Below, in pieces: positions 49,930-62,411 of a DNA stretch of 64,000 nt. The notes beneath the pieces are model-generated. The model saw nothing but the letters and a program-made list of their open reading frames with translations. It searched no databases and was not told where the DNA came from. A program made the translations under genes and the position numbers. Source of the DNA: Lenisia limosa (lineage: Eukaryota > Protista > Breviatea); contig LPNZ01011689.1 of NCBI GenBank assembly GCA_001655205.1, forward strand, positions 1 through 64,000, given 5' to 3'. Positions within the stretch are counted from its first letter, which is position 1. Every line of letters begins with the position of its first letter.

Positions 49930-52013
49930 TCAAGTGTAACTAGGTACATGACCTGCCAGAGTAAGGATGAAATCTGAATTAGAAATGTAGACCAAAACCG
50001 AAACAATAAATAAATCAAAACTAGGCCTGTATTGAAACGCGACAGTCCTCAACAGCCACAAAAGTCTCTCCCGACTCGATATCATGCACGTACATTGCCG
50101 GCAGGGCCACAACGCCTGGACGTAAGCCTAGGACGCTCACTCCTCGAGTGCTACTGCAGCCTGCGTTCACCACTCTGATGATGAACAAAAGGAAACTATT
50201 CGTTTTTCAAGGTGCACAACCACAGTTCGAGCGGGAAACAGGCATATGGTATCACAGTGTCTGGTTATCATCGGTATCCGATGTTGTTTTTGATACAGAT
50301 GATCACCAAACTGTGATATGATCTCGTGAAAAGGTTGAGAGAGAAGTGCACACCCAATTGAGGTGCCCCCATACCCCATTTCAACAGCGGCATCAATTGC
50401 AATGACACTGGGCGTGGATAATCGAGTCTCCACTGCTGTACAGGCCGAAGACGCCCAATCTGAAGTTAGTGAGCAAGGGTCGTAACCTACCAACAGGCTT
50501 GAAAGGCATTGGTGGAGGCTTGCGTCTGCTCGGCTGCAGGGTGAGAAAAGAGCATCTTCCACTGTTTTATGACGAAATTGTACAATCTTTCTTCCAAGGC
50601 TGTTTGCTCACAGTTCCAGGTGCTCTATTTAGACTTGACTGTCGCGAGTGTCCCGATACAGGTGTCGCGAGATTGACCATAAGACTTTCATTAAAGCGGG
50701 AGTCTGATATCTTCCTATGATGCCTATGGAGTAAAAGGTAGAGGTTACATACCCCTTTTGGTGGCTGTCTGAAAGGTGCTGTAGTAGAGGAGCTGTCTCT
50801 GCCGTCTGAAACGTGTCAGCCTCCAGTCAAACATAATATCAGCACCTCGTTCAAATAATTGCGATATTCCAAATTCATATTTAATGACAGTAAAAGTACT
50901 ACTATATGTACGTATTCCTAATTATTGCCGGAGCCCCACCAATGAATTAGAGAACGGTCCGGCCGGGACAAGCGTGCGTGTTATACTTGGTGTGGAGGGA
51001 CGGGTCAGCTCGCGGCTCAGGTGGTTCTGAATCGTAAGAGACGGAATCAAGAATGGAATCAGGAGGCAAACCTTGAGGGGATTTGGTGACGCTGGAACAC
51101 AAGAAAAGACCGTTTGTCGTCGTATGCTGCTATACGCTGGCTAAATGGTCACACGTTTCAGAAAGGAATGCATCTACGCCCACCCCCCAAACTGAGTCTA
51201 AAACCTCTGAAATTGAAGGGTTGTTGGGCTGAGGCACACTGTTAATGCTGAGTGGAGGTGCGGGGGCTACACAGTCAAAAAGATGTATTCTTCACGGCCA
51301 TTGGAAAGCAAATGATATGGTTGTAGTGCACCAACAGATATCACGAATGACATACCAGCGTAACCAGGATGCGGGACAAGATCGGGGGAGTTGCCAATCT
51401 GAGATTGGGACTGAAAGGTCAGATTCGAAGAGAGGCTCACTTCTGGGGTCACGCTTGCGCTGATGGGTATGGCTGAAACGGGTAGAGCTGTGGCAGGGTT
51501 GGCGGGAAGCAGCTATATAGATGAGGCAATGTTGAAATTTGAGAAGAGAAGACTGTGAACTGCATACATCGGATGGGGCAGGGTAGACGGCTAGTTTCCT
51601 ATTTCGGGTGGAGGTATTATGGACAGTCAATGCGACTGTACAGGGGACATGCAGTTCCAGAACAGCGGGTGCTGAAGAGTCAATACAGCTCTTGATAGTT
51701 TAGCCCCCCCCCCCTCACGTTCCACAGTAAGTTGAAGACCAGAATCGCTGGGACATGGGGTGTACAAAGGATATTCGCAAGTCACCCTCGGATATTGATA
51801 GCCTGGAGATCCAATATCCGGAAGGGCCTCTGAGGAGTCTGGGCCAGGCCAAATAGACTTTCCATAAACAGCAAGTTGCGGACATGACCACGTCACCATT
51901 ACCATGTTATCCGTTTGAGTCCGAACTACGAGCAATGAGCCGATGACAGCAGCCAAGAGAAGAGCGACCCAACCCACTGAAGCCAGGCGGCCGGAACAGT
52001 ATGGTCTCCTCAT
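49930..52013 (-). CDS. Hypothetical type II membrane protein (glycosyltransferase-like topology)
   Basis: MRRPYCSGRLASVGWVALLLAAVIGSLLVVRT signal-anchor followed by Cys/Trp-containing exons; clear gtgag(G-run)...ctcttcag intron near 51670-51718. The enzyme family is not recognised. Confidence 0.55.
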
Positions 52014-52384
52014 CACCCGGGTTGAGACGGATGTTTTTCTGCAGGATGTCAAAAGCCCTGTATATCAGTAGATTTATCAGAACCTTAGTCTAAATACAGA
52101 TTAAATACAAAAGTGCTGAGTACGTTAGCTTGCTTGCAATTTAAGTTGAAGTGAAAACAGATTTAAAGTAGGTTATAGTTCCAAAACCTGGCTCAGTCGA
52201 AGGACAAAAGGAAGCGTAAAGGAGTGTAACTTGTGTGTTTTAGATTTAGTGCATTAAAAGTAATTATTATTGAGATAAGAGAACAACAACTATGATTTTC
52301 ATAATGACCAAAACCGAGTAAAATTCTCGTAAAAAGTAGTAAAAATATAATGTCGTGACAATTTTCTCGAACTATGACCAGCTT

Positions 52385-53674
52385 TAAAGGCTTTTATATT
52401 TAGAGACAAACGGCCTTAGATAAAACCACCCAATTGGTACAAACTGGGTATAATATGATAGTAACCAAAACGTTTGATGCTCTAATAATAGAGGATGGGA
52501 GACAAACCGTGTTTTCACCAGAGAGCCAAAGTGGCGAGTCAATAACATCAGCTTGGAGTGTAACTGATGTAATGTAAACCGGACTATCAGGCATTGTGTT
52601 TCTTAAGGCCACAGTTACAATTGACTCACTGCACACCATGGAAGTGGTGGAAATCACCTAATGGGTCAAAACAAGCAGACAGGACACACCTCCAAGGGGT
52701 CAAGGACGGACAATGGCGACTCGACTGTGATGACCTCCTGTGCTGTCGGCGGCACAACTGCCAAGGACCGCAATCGTGTCAATCGGTCCAACTCTATGAA
52801 GTTAGCACGATAAGCTAAGACAAACGTCGCGGCGGGTCATATATTCTGTGGTCCAGGGGAGGCTTAATGGTGACTTCAAGGTATAGGCCTTCTGTTGACA
52901 ATTCATGCGGTGGTAGCGCTGGATATGTTTATCAATGGATGGCAACAACTTACAAATTGGAATTGCCAATCTGTGAGCAACACTATTTTCACTCAGTCTA
53001 AATGCATGTTGATTGACACTTCCTGGAATGTCCTCTGGAGAGTTAATACGTTCAGTACTCCGCGCATTGCAACCTTTGATAATTGGTGACGACTCTTGCT
53101 GATATTGGAACATCCTCGGTGTATGTGTTGTTGCTATGTAGCGACAGCCATCATGCTCTAAATAATAACTAAGCTACCATATACCATATATATATATATG
53201 ATTTAATCAACATAAATTAAATAGTAAACCAGATCAAGTAGCTGAATCGGATATAATGTACTCTGAATATTCAAAAATGTTGGTGGAATCATGTTGGTAG
53301 ATTTCGATTGAACTCAAAAATAATATTTCCAGTGGAACACATTGTATCTTCTCAACCCAAGTCCCACGTTTTGATCCGACTAGTGCAAGAGTTACCAAGT
53401 CATCAAGCATCGGGATACATTCCGATTTCTCTGTCTACAGAGGGGTAACCATGTCTAATAAGGCAACTTCAANNNNNNNNNNGAACTTCACCTAAAGAAA
53501 AATAAGCAGTAAGAAGAAACAACCAACCTTGCAAGACATATCTCCGTTGCGGCTGGGTAAGATCATAGGAAGGGTCCCCAGTTGGCTGAATTATTAGCTG
53601 TTTGCTGGTATCGGTTATTTCCATACTTGTTGTGGTAAAAAAAGGTCAAAGGTGATGAACTTGAGGCTTGCCAT
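52385..53674 (-). CDS. Multi-exon hypothetical protein
   Basis: MASLKFITFDLFLPQQ|..., TEKSECIPMLDDLVTLALVG, ORF 52802-53113, HQLHSKLMLLTRHFGSLVK...; the ends are approximate. Confidence 0.45.
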
Positions 53675-54079
53675 CTTGAAGAATAAGAAAGGGGCGCGAC
53701 TAAGGTTATTTACTCTAATAAATAATTTTTCTGTAATGTTGCTATGAGACTAGATTGACTAGATTCCACATACTAGCTCAGAAGCTCAGAAGTACATCAG
53801 CTTGGCATCAGCGAATCAGCGAATGAGAAGTGATTAATAAAAATAATACGTAGGGGTACTAATATTCTCAGACCTACTGATTTTGCGAAAGAGAACACAA
53901 GTTCTCACAAGAAAGAGCAAGCAGGTGGTAAGCAGAATAATAAAGAACTAAAGAACCTTATAACCTTATATATAACCTTATAAGAAGCATATTAGTGGTT
54001 TTTATGTGACACGTTAAAGCAGGCTCTGTCGCCCTCATTGGCGGCTGAAAGCTTTTGTAGTGTTAAACTCCGCTGCATC

Positions 54080-57000
54080 ATGAAGAAGGGACCGGCTGAT
54101 CGGAATGTTAAATTGACAAATCACCGGCTTGCCTCGTTGCCTGCTCTTCCTGGTGGTAGAGGTAAGCTTTTTATGGGATTATAATTCTAAGGTATTAGAT
54201 ATATTGTCCAAAATGCCAAAACTAAACTCAATAGGAAAACTTGGTCTTGCCCAGTCAAGGCCTGGGCCTTCTGTTTCTCGAAATAATGTGGGCTTAATGC
54301 AGAAACAAACGCAGGCACGAACCCACCACCTTGCTTCTCTTCCCTCGCAAAGTGGCCCTGGTGGTTACAGTGGCAATGTTCAGCAGCAAGAGTACTCCGC
54401 ACAACAGCAATATTCTCAGCAATATTCCGATTACATGAGCCACAATTTTCAGACACAGCAGAATCAGTACGCACAGGCACAGCAGTACCAATACGCCATG
54501 CAGCAGACGCAGTATCAGGCGCAACCGAAAAGAGGAGGTACACGATTGTCATCACTGGGCAACAAAGCAGACCACAATTTTGGGGCTGCTCCACTAGCCA
54601 CATTAACCAAGTTCGGCTCTGTTGTGGATGATGATGATGATGAACTTGACACTCCCACGTCATTCGGCAACCAAGCGTTTGGCAGTGCTCCAAACGAGGC
54701 CGGCAGCCAGTTTATGACGTCGAAATCAGACACTGACCCTGCCCCACGAAGCATCATTCCGGGTGCCGTCGCTTCCCCAAATGTGGGTCTTTTCTATTGA
54801 ATTGAGGACCCCCTGTTTGCAGTTACAATAATGAATAATGTAGTATAAATTTATCTTTATTTCACAATTCTTTGTGACACTGCAGCCGCCCCGACGACAG
54901 GTCAACTTAGAAACCTCGGATGACGAGGCCTTTTCGGAGCCTCAATCCGAGCCGGAAGCCCAGACGATCTATGAGTTGTTGCACATGCCTCGGACTATCT
55001 CACCACTTAGGTCGCAGTCAATGCGCCTCCCTACGGACTCCGAATCAGACCAAGAGGTCAGCTTCGGCTTCACTGCGGCGGCACACGTCCCTCCAGTACT
55101 GGGCTCTTTTGCCCGACATGAGTCTGACTCTGACGATGAGCCGACCACCTTCTTCCAGCCGACTATCCCGGGGCCTAATACGCCACGGAGACGCCTGTCT
55201 CTTCCGGGCTCCTCTCCGCGGCTCAACAACACGCAAACGCCACCGCCCTCCGAAACAGTGTCGGCAGCCCAGGGTGCTGATGCCTCTCCGCGTCCCGTGG
55301 TCCCGGCTATAGAGGAGGCTGACGAAACCAAGGTATGTTGACATGGCAACTTACGATGTTCTCACTTTCCAGGATGCGGTGCCTCAAGCTTCATTGTAAG
55401 TTGAGAGCAATGCGGTCACGGAGTGTTTCAATATTTTACAATATTTGAGCTTATCGATATAATACTTCATATCATATATATGATATACATGTACTGTATG
55501 TGAATATACATGTCTTTTTATTTCCCGCTGATTAATCAGGGTTGTTCCTGCCACCTTGGTAACGAAATCATCATATGAAAACATTGCTGCTATACCCGTC
55601 CGCATTTCATCATTTGTGCCCGCTTTTGAGTCGCCCCGAACTGACACATCATCGATCACTGCAAGGTTTGTGGCCCAATATACATATCATAAAGTATATT
55701 ATAATATGCATAAATACATATATGTATCATATTATAATAATATAGTATGTATATGACATGATATGATATATTCAACGGGTATGATGTTAGGCCAAAAGCT
55801 AATGTTATATATGAATGACAATGCCCTGTAGGTCTGTGGACTCTGACCAGCCACTATCAACATCAAGATTCCGGTCGCCCCGACAGACCCCGCTGTTGGA
55901 ACCGCTAAGCCAGCGTTCCGTGTCTCCTGCTGAGTCCATGCAGTATTCCGGCTTGGACGCGTCGGCAGACTTCAGCAGGGGGCCGTTAGTGCCCATCGCC
56001 ACAAGTCATGCCACATCAAGCTCGTCGCTGCAGTCCGCAAGAAGTGTCCAGATTCTCAGCACCCAGCCGGAAGACTTGGCATCCCCTCGAAGAACTGAGT
56101 CCCCCCGGTGTTCCCCCCGATGTTCCCCCCGCGCCGGCCAAGATGAGCCACCAATGTCGTACCGCCGCATTGCTCAGGGCGGGAAGACCGACCGACGAAT
56201 GAGCGCCTTAGACGAGACGAAGGAGGTTGCCTTCACGCCTGGCCTGGCCAAGTTTGAGAGTGAAGAAAGCTGCATCCCGCTGTCCTCTGTTCCAAGCAAA
56301 GCTGAGAAGTACAAAGAGGACATCAACCCCACACAGGATGGTATGTGACGGCGTTGACATTGATGATCCTTTAGCTTCCGAATTTCTCCGAAGAGAGTCG
56401 TTGATTGAGCAGAGAATTGCTAACATGCGGTCCACTCTTTTGGGCAGCCCGGCCCCCCTTGTAGGCGCGCATTATTGCGCATTTAGTCTCACGCAACCAG
56501 GTGGCCCTTGCATCCTTTCCCGTCGTAGAATTTGTTGCTTCAGTGTTGCTTGACCGCCAGTTGACGACAATACAGGTGAGGTCCCTCCTGGCTTTCGTGA
56601 CCACTGCAGGTGCTTTCCACAGCCATCCCATTAGTAATGATGGCGACTCTTGCCGTCACCCTTGTTTTCGAGACTGCAGGTACGTTGGCTCCTTTCGGGA
56701 CCTGATTTCCCAGGCATTCGCTGGATAGTGATGGAGAACTTCTCTCAGACGTTCCGACGGCGTGGTTTTGAGGCTGTTGATCTTTTGGACCAGGGTTTGC
56801 CATTTGCATTTCCAGAGCTTCACTTCGGTTCTTAAAAAGACTGAATTCTAGATATTTCTTCGAGAAAGATCGATATTATACCTGTCTTCTTGGAACCTAA
56901 ACCTTTAACTCACAACTCAGTTGAGGCCCTCGGAAAGCATCAGTGGTGGGTGGAGTGGGCGGTTGCCTTGAGTCTCTGCATCTCGCTGCTCTGTGCTATG

Positions 57001-60000
57001 ACACGAGCCATTGAAAGTCCGAGTCTCGAGCCTGACGGACCTGCCATTCAGATTCTCATCCTCGTTCACGCCTTCTCTTTTGGTGAGTGTCTTGTCTGCC
57101 TGCATCACCTCTCAGCCCTCTACACCGGCCTTCCTCTTTTTGTCTGCGCTTTTGCAATTGCGCCTTCTTTGGTAAGAAAAATGCGGCATTTTCTATGACT
57201 TGACCCACCCAATACATTCACGTTGATGAGCAAACTAAGCTTGCCGATTACCCCGGCACGTATTTAGCCTGTGACCGCATCAGGTCCTGTACACCGTCTT
57301 GATGTTTGTCCGACCGGCACCCCTAGCAAACTTCGTCCCCCTCTGCGTAGCCCTCGCATTGACCTGGATTCAGGGCAAGGTGGGTCTGACTTAAGGCCTT
57401 ATTGGGGGTCTGACTTGTAGGTTCGCCGCGCTGAGTTTATGAAGAAAATCATGTCGGAACTGATGCTCAACTCGGCGCTTGCCAGACTAGGTTAGTGACT
57501 CCCATGTACGCAATGACCCAACAGAGGTATTCAGTGAAGCCGTTCTGCCGCCAAAGATATGCACAGCGTTAGCGCAGGGACATCCCCCACACATTATCGG
57601 CAAACTTCACGAGAACACAGCAGTCATTTGCATGAAGGTAAATTAGCACTCTCTCAACTGCGTTACGGTTCTCCTTATTGAATCATGACCTGGTCAACAC
57701 AAGGGCTGACTGTGCAGATGACACCCAACGACGGTGCCTGTTCCACTTCAGTAGCACGTGACATCGGGAACATTGTTTCGGCTGCCGACGCCCTGGTCTT
57801 CACAACCGGAATGTTGGTGGAATGGAATGCTTCAATGATCTGTCTACATCTACAGTATCAGTATGACGCTATACCAGGCTGAAGCTTGTGGCTGTCACGG
57901 ACTATTACGCTGTTATCATCCCTTCAAACTGTGATCTTTCCCCTGCCGCCTTCCCAGCCCCCGCCGCTGCCGCACTTGCTCTTGCAACAGATCTTGCGAG
58001 ATTACAGGTTCGGTCCGACCGCATTTCTGAACCTGTTCTGACTCTTTAGCGCTGCACTTCCGGTAATGTAACAGTATCCGTCGGGATGGCTGCCGGAAAA
58101 GTGACCGATGGTGTTGTCGGTAGGCACTGGAGCTAAAGGCTGATCTTCAGGTGACACGCGTCTCCTGTACAAGGTTGCCGGCCAGATCATTCATGACGCC
58201 ATTTCTGCAGCCAATATTGCCACAATGGGGCAGTGTCTGGTACGAGGCTTCCCTGTTGATAACGATCATAGTTTCTGGAAAGCACTTTGCTCGAGATTAT
58301 CATTGAAACGGGCATAGCATTAACTGCTGAAGAGTGAGTGGAGACAACTGCTGTAGGCCAGTAACTGACTATTCAGAGAACCCGTTCTCAGTACCCCTCT
58401 TTCTCGATCCTTGGATCTAAGTGTTGCGTCAATGGCTACAACAACAGATTTCAAAGTGGGTTTCACGGAATATCGTTAATATGGAATATTGGTGTTGATC
58501 TTTTGATCCCTCCTTCTTTACTTAACACCTTTAGTTTAAAAGTGATACTTCCGAAGGTTCCGAATTGGTTTGGGGATGTGATAGTGTATAGTGCTGTGGT
58601 TGAAACGGGTGTTATCTAACCGTCTTCAGGTTCGGGGCCATGCTCCGGCAAACGTGAAACAGGGAAGGACGGCACCCTTGGCTATGTCTTTTACCTCCAC
58701 GATGAACTCGACCAAGGTTGGAACCATGTTGTTTGTTCAAACAACATGGGGTTGGGGTTGAAGAGTAAATCGACCATTTTTATGAGTTTCATTTCCATTC
58801 CAAAGCCGTTGTTTGTGTTCACCATCCAGGACGGGTCCCCTGAAACTACCTCCGAACTTGCACGTGGCAAGTCTCTAGCTACATCAAATTTCACTCCTGG
58901 GGTATGTTCTTCGTTTATTAACACTGGACTATTGAGATGTAATGGCTTTGCTTTCCGAATAATGAATGAAAAGCTCATGTCAGGACTTATCGCGGTCATT
59001 GTACGCTTTTTTGAATTCGTTCTTTTAAATACTACTATATATTGTATGATAAGTTATACCAATACCATTTCCTCCTTTGACCTCTCCCAGAACCTCCAGA
59101 ACCCGTTTTCATCATCATTCTCCGGAACATCAGCCGTCATGATGCATGCCATGTCCACTAAGTTCGTTTTTGAGCCCAAAACCCGTGCCGGCAACGACCG
59201 ACCTGATATCACGCAAGAAGAAGAAGAGACTTTGCGCGCAGTCCAGAATGGCGCCACCGCAAGGGTAGGCCTTTTTGGTGTTGTGACCTTCAGATTGCCA
59301 TGACCAATTTGGATATCGCAGTCCTTACCCCCGATTCGAGGAAAGAGGCACAGTTGAAGGGACGGAAAATCTTCCTGTGAGCCATCGGGACTTAGATAGC
59401 AGCCTCGTATTTATCACGGATTTCATGTTACAGATGTATCCGTGAGGATCAGAACCAGTTGGATGGAGAGGCGATGCTTGAATGGGCTAAGGGACTTGCA
59501 TTGGTCCCAGGAGCATTGGGTGGCTTTAAGGTAAGAACTCTGTTTTCTGTGACTCAAACAATAGTCTTCTTTGATCCGCATCCAAACCCTGCTTGATGAT
59601 CCCGAACTCAGCAACGATGAACGAGAAAAGTGGGCTCCCCAATACAGTTGCACTCTTTAATGCAAATGACCACCCAGGTTTATTACGATGCTTCAAAGCA
59701 CTGACCGAAGACCGAATAGCCTTTTTTCTTGGAGAGCTTTCCACGATGGAGGTGAGTACTCCTTGTCCAATATAACTTACCATTCAGGTCTAATGCACAA
59801 AATCACGCTCCCAACACACACCCCTCGAGTCATGCCACCCCCATATGAATCAAGGGTTCAGGACTTCTTCTTGAACTCTAATGTGTGTTCTTCTTCTCAT
59901 TTATCTCTTTAGAAATCCTTTGCTCACCTCATCCTCGCTATCATCCTCTACAACACCCTATCTTTGTACCATGTTCTTATTTCAGCCCCAAAATCCTATG

Positions 60001-62195
60001 GCAATTTGGTTGGTGTGGGAAGCATCAAACTGTCAACACTTTCCTGTTTCATTTCCTTAGGGCCAAGCCTTCCTTTTCCTCATAGGTCTTCTTCTTGCCA
60101 TTCCGGTGTTTCTTATGCTGTATGGCGGTGTGTTTTTTGCCATGTTCCACCTTTTTGGTTTGACGTTTTAGTCGCGGCGGCGCCAAGAGGGAGAACATTC
60201 AAAAGATCAAGCTTCTTTCCGGCATCTGCCTCAGTTCGAGGGATTCGCTCCATTTGTTAGATATTCACTGTCACTGTTTATCTTGCTTGCTTTCAAGGAC
60301 TTATTTTCCTGTTCCTTAAGATCACCCCTCAGGTCTTGCCAGTTTGGTATGTGTACCTATCCCCACCATGTCCCCCCCTCTTTTCGGGCGGATCACAGCA
60401 TCGACTGCCATAATTGCTGCCACATTCATATCCACGGGTCTCGGCCCTGTCATTCCGTAGGCTCCTTGCCCCTTTGTATCGTCTTACACTTTAGAATTCT
60501 CATAGCCTTCCCGGCGTTTACACTTGTGCACGGTCTTGCGGTTGTTATTGACACGCTAACCTACAGTAAGACTGTGAAGTTCCGTTAACTTCTTCAGCCC
60601 GAATAATTAACGCTTTCGCCAGCCTTGTTTTAGCATTTCTCGCATTTCAACACAATAATTCGGAATGGGAGAACTATAATTTGAGACTCAAGACCAAGGT
60701 AGTGTCTAAAACTATACACAGAGTTAACTATTCAGCTCCAGCGAAATGCTGTCGTATCTATTGCTGAAGGTTGTTCCATCTTTGGAAAATTCCGCCGTTA
60801 ATCATACTGTAGAAATGTGTAAAAAGATCCTTCCGACGCCGCTGAACGTGGACTGGGTGTCGAGCGTCATTCCTGACATGTCCGACCTTAAAATTACGAA
60901 AGAATCAACAAAATTGGCTACGAACACGGTTTGGAAACTGTTGTTGTCACGATTCAGTCGTTTTTTGATGTCGATGACGACATTGTCCCAAGAGATAGTG
61001 TATCACGTGCACAGTCCACCGCCTCCACCAATGTTAAACAGCGTATGCATTCACGACTCCTCATCTCTGTTGATATATTATGTAACTATCACAGAGAAGG
61101 CATGCCTTGGTGTAGTTTTATCGAAGACTGATACAATGGAGAAAGCTATTCTTGGGTCTCTTCCGATCCCACGTGCCATTGTCACCATTGAGGTTTGCGC
61201 ATGAACTCCCATGCGCTTTGGCTCCTGTAATACCAGGCAAATAGCACTTTCTCTGGACGTTCTATCAGGACCAGCCAATTGGGGCACCGAATTAATTATC
61301 ATTTTATTGTTTAGTGCGCGTCATTCCCCACTTTTTGCAGTCGATTGGCTGCGAATGAGCTGTTCCAGCTCCTCCGAGCTCTCGACAAAGTTGTCCTTTC
61401 CTTGAAGTCCATCACTAAATCCGAGATTCTGCCAACGCCTCTCTCGGAGCGATGGATGGTTTGCCGCCTCCTTGTCTCTCACGGTTTAGCTTGCGTTTGA
61501 CGAGGATGATGAGGTCAAGGCTGCACGAAGGAAGTCTTCGAAACTCAGTAGGCCTGGCCCCTCGGTCTCACTTCTTAGTCGGTTTTGCCATGTCTGAAAG
61601 CCGGCTGCCTGAGTGTTCGGCTGTTGTGAGGGCTCTCTATGTGGCCTCCTCCACCATCCCCTCCGCACGTGCGCTCAACCTGGTAGGTGCACTTTTTTTT
61701 TTCTTTTTTTCTGTGATTCCCTGTTTTACGAAGCCACTGACCCCCCCCCCCCCNNNNNNNNNNNNNNNNNNNNNNNNNNNNNNNNNNNNNNNNNNNNNNN
61801 NNNNNNNNNAGGTGTCCCTCCGAGTAGTGGTGACGACAGGCGACTGTGCGGGTATCGCTACTGGCAGTTTGTACCCCCAGTTCTTCCAGGTGAGTTTGCG
61901 GCGGCTTTTCTAACACTCCAGTGGGGGCCTGCCATTAGGGACATTTCAACGACACTCAGCTCGGCTCGTGTCGGCAACATGATATGCAGTCCCGCCGTCC
62001 GCTCCATTGTTGTGGATGTGAGTTATGGCCTGCACCCGCTTGCTCTTCGTAGTCTCATCCTGTAGAACGAGTCGAAGGTTTTAGCCTCGAGTGTCGGATT
62101 CAGTCCGATGCCCTTCTGGGAGGATGGCGTTTGGAGACAAAGAGGGACGGGCTTCGAATGGGGCGGGTCCTGGCCGAAGCTGCCGGAGGCGGTAA
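54080..62195 (+). CDS. Membrane class III nucleotidyl-cyclase-like protein with [TM cluster-C1]-[TM cluster-C2] architecture and long disordered N-terminus; catalytic residues degenerate
   Basis: C1: EAVLPPKICTAL...ENTAVICMK, LKLVAVTDYYAVI, VTVSVGMAAGKVTDGVVG, LLYKVAGQIIHDA. C2: EMCKKILPTPL, AANELFQLLRALDKVV, VSLRVVVTTGDCAGIATGSLYPQFFQ|WGPAIRDISTTLSSARVGNMICS. Hydrophobic exons at ~56510-57380 and ~59910-60640; in-frame link ...QDFFLNSN|KSFAHLILAIILY. Confidence 0.8.
56815..56903. mobile_element. MITE-like element, copy 3 (degenerate), in an intron of the cyclase-like gene
   Basis: gagcttcacttcggttcttaaaaagactgaattctagatatttcttcgagaaagatcgatattatacctgtcttcttggaacctaaacc is collinear with 37005-37100. 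The host intron is 56795-56920. Confidence 0.75.
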
Positions 62196-62411
62196 AGGTA
62201 GGTAGCAGACAACACGCTCTGATAGTGACCAGCAAATAGGCCGCTAGTATTTCATTAAACAGTATATTCTCTCTTGATTTGTGACTACATGTTCACTCTT
62301 CAGGAGGCCTTATGGAGTATGGAATAATAGTTCTGTATTTGTAGGTAGTTTATTTTTGTTCTAGGTATCAACTCATTTTTCTTGTTTGTTTCCGTACAAT
62401 GACGATCATTA

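Noticed and set aside
5636-61809. ORF-track entries containing X runs
   Set aside because: They are artefacts of 12 N-gaps (~5636, 7044, 11483, 11860, 19447, 32349, 33664, 39093, 44915, 47061, 53473, 61754), several adjacent to homopolymers.
60720-62235. Minus-strand ORFs as a long C-terminal extension of the ZRANB3-like gene
   Set aside because: The plus strand here encodes the second cyclase-like domain with good splice sites, and the ZRANB3-like frame reaches a stop at ~62412.
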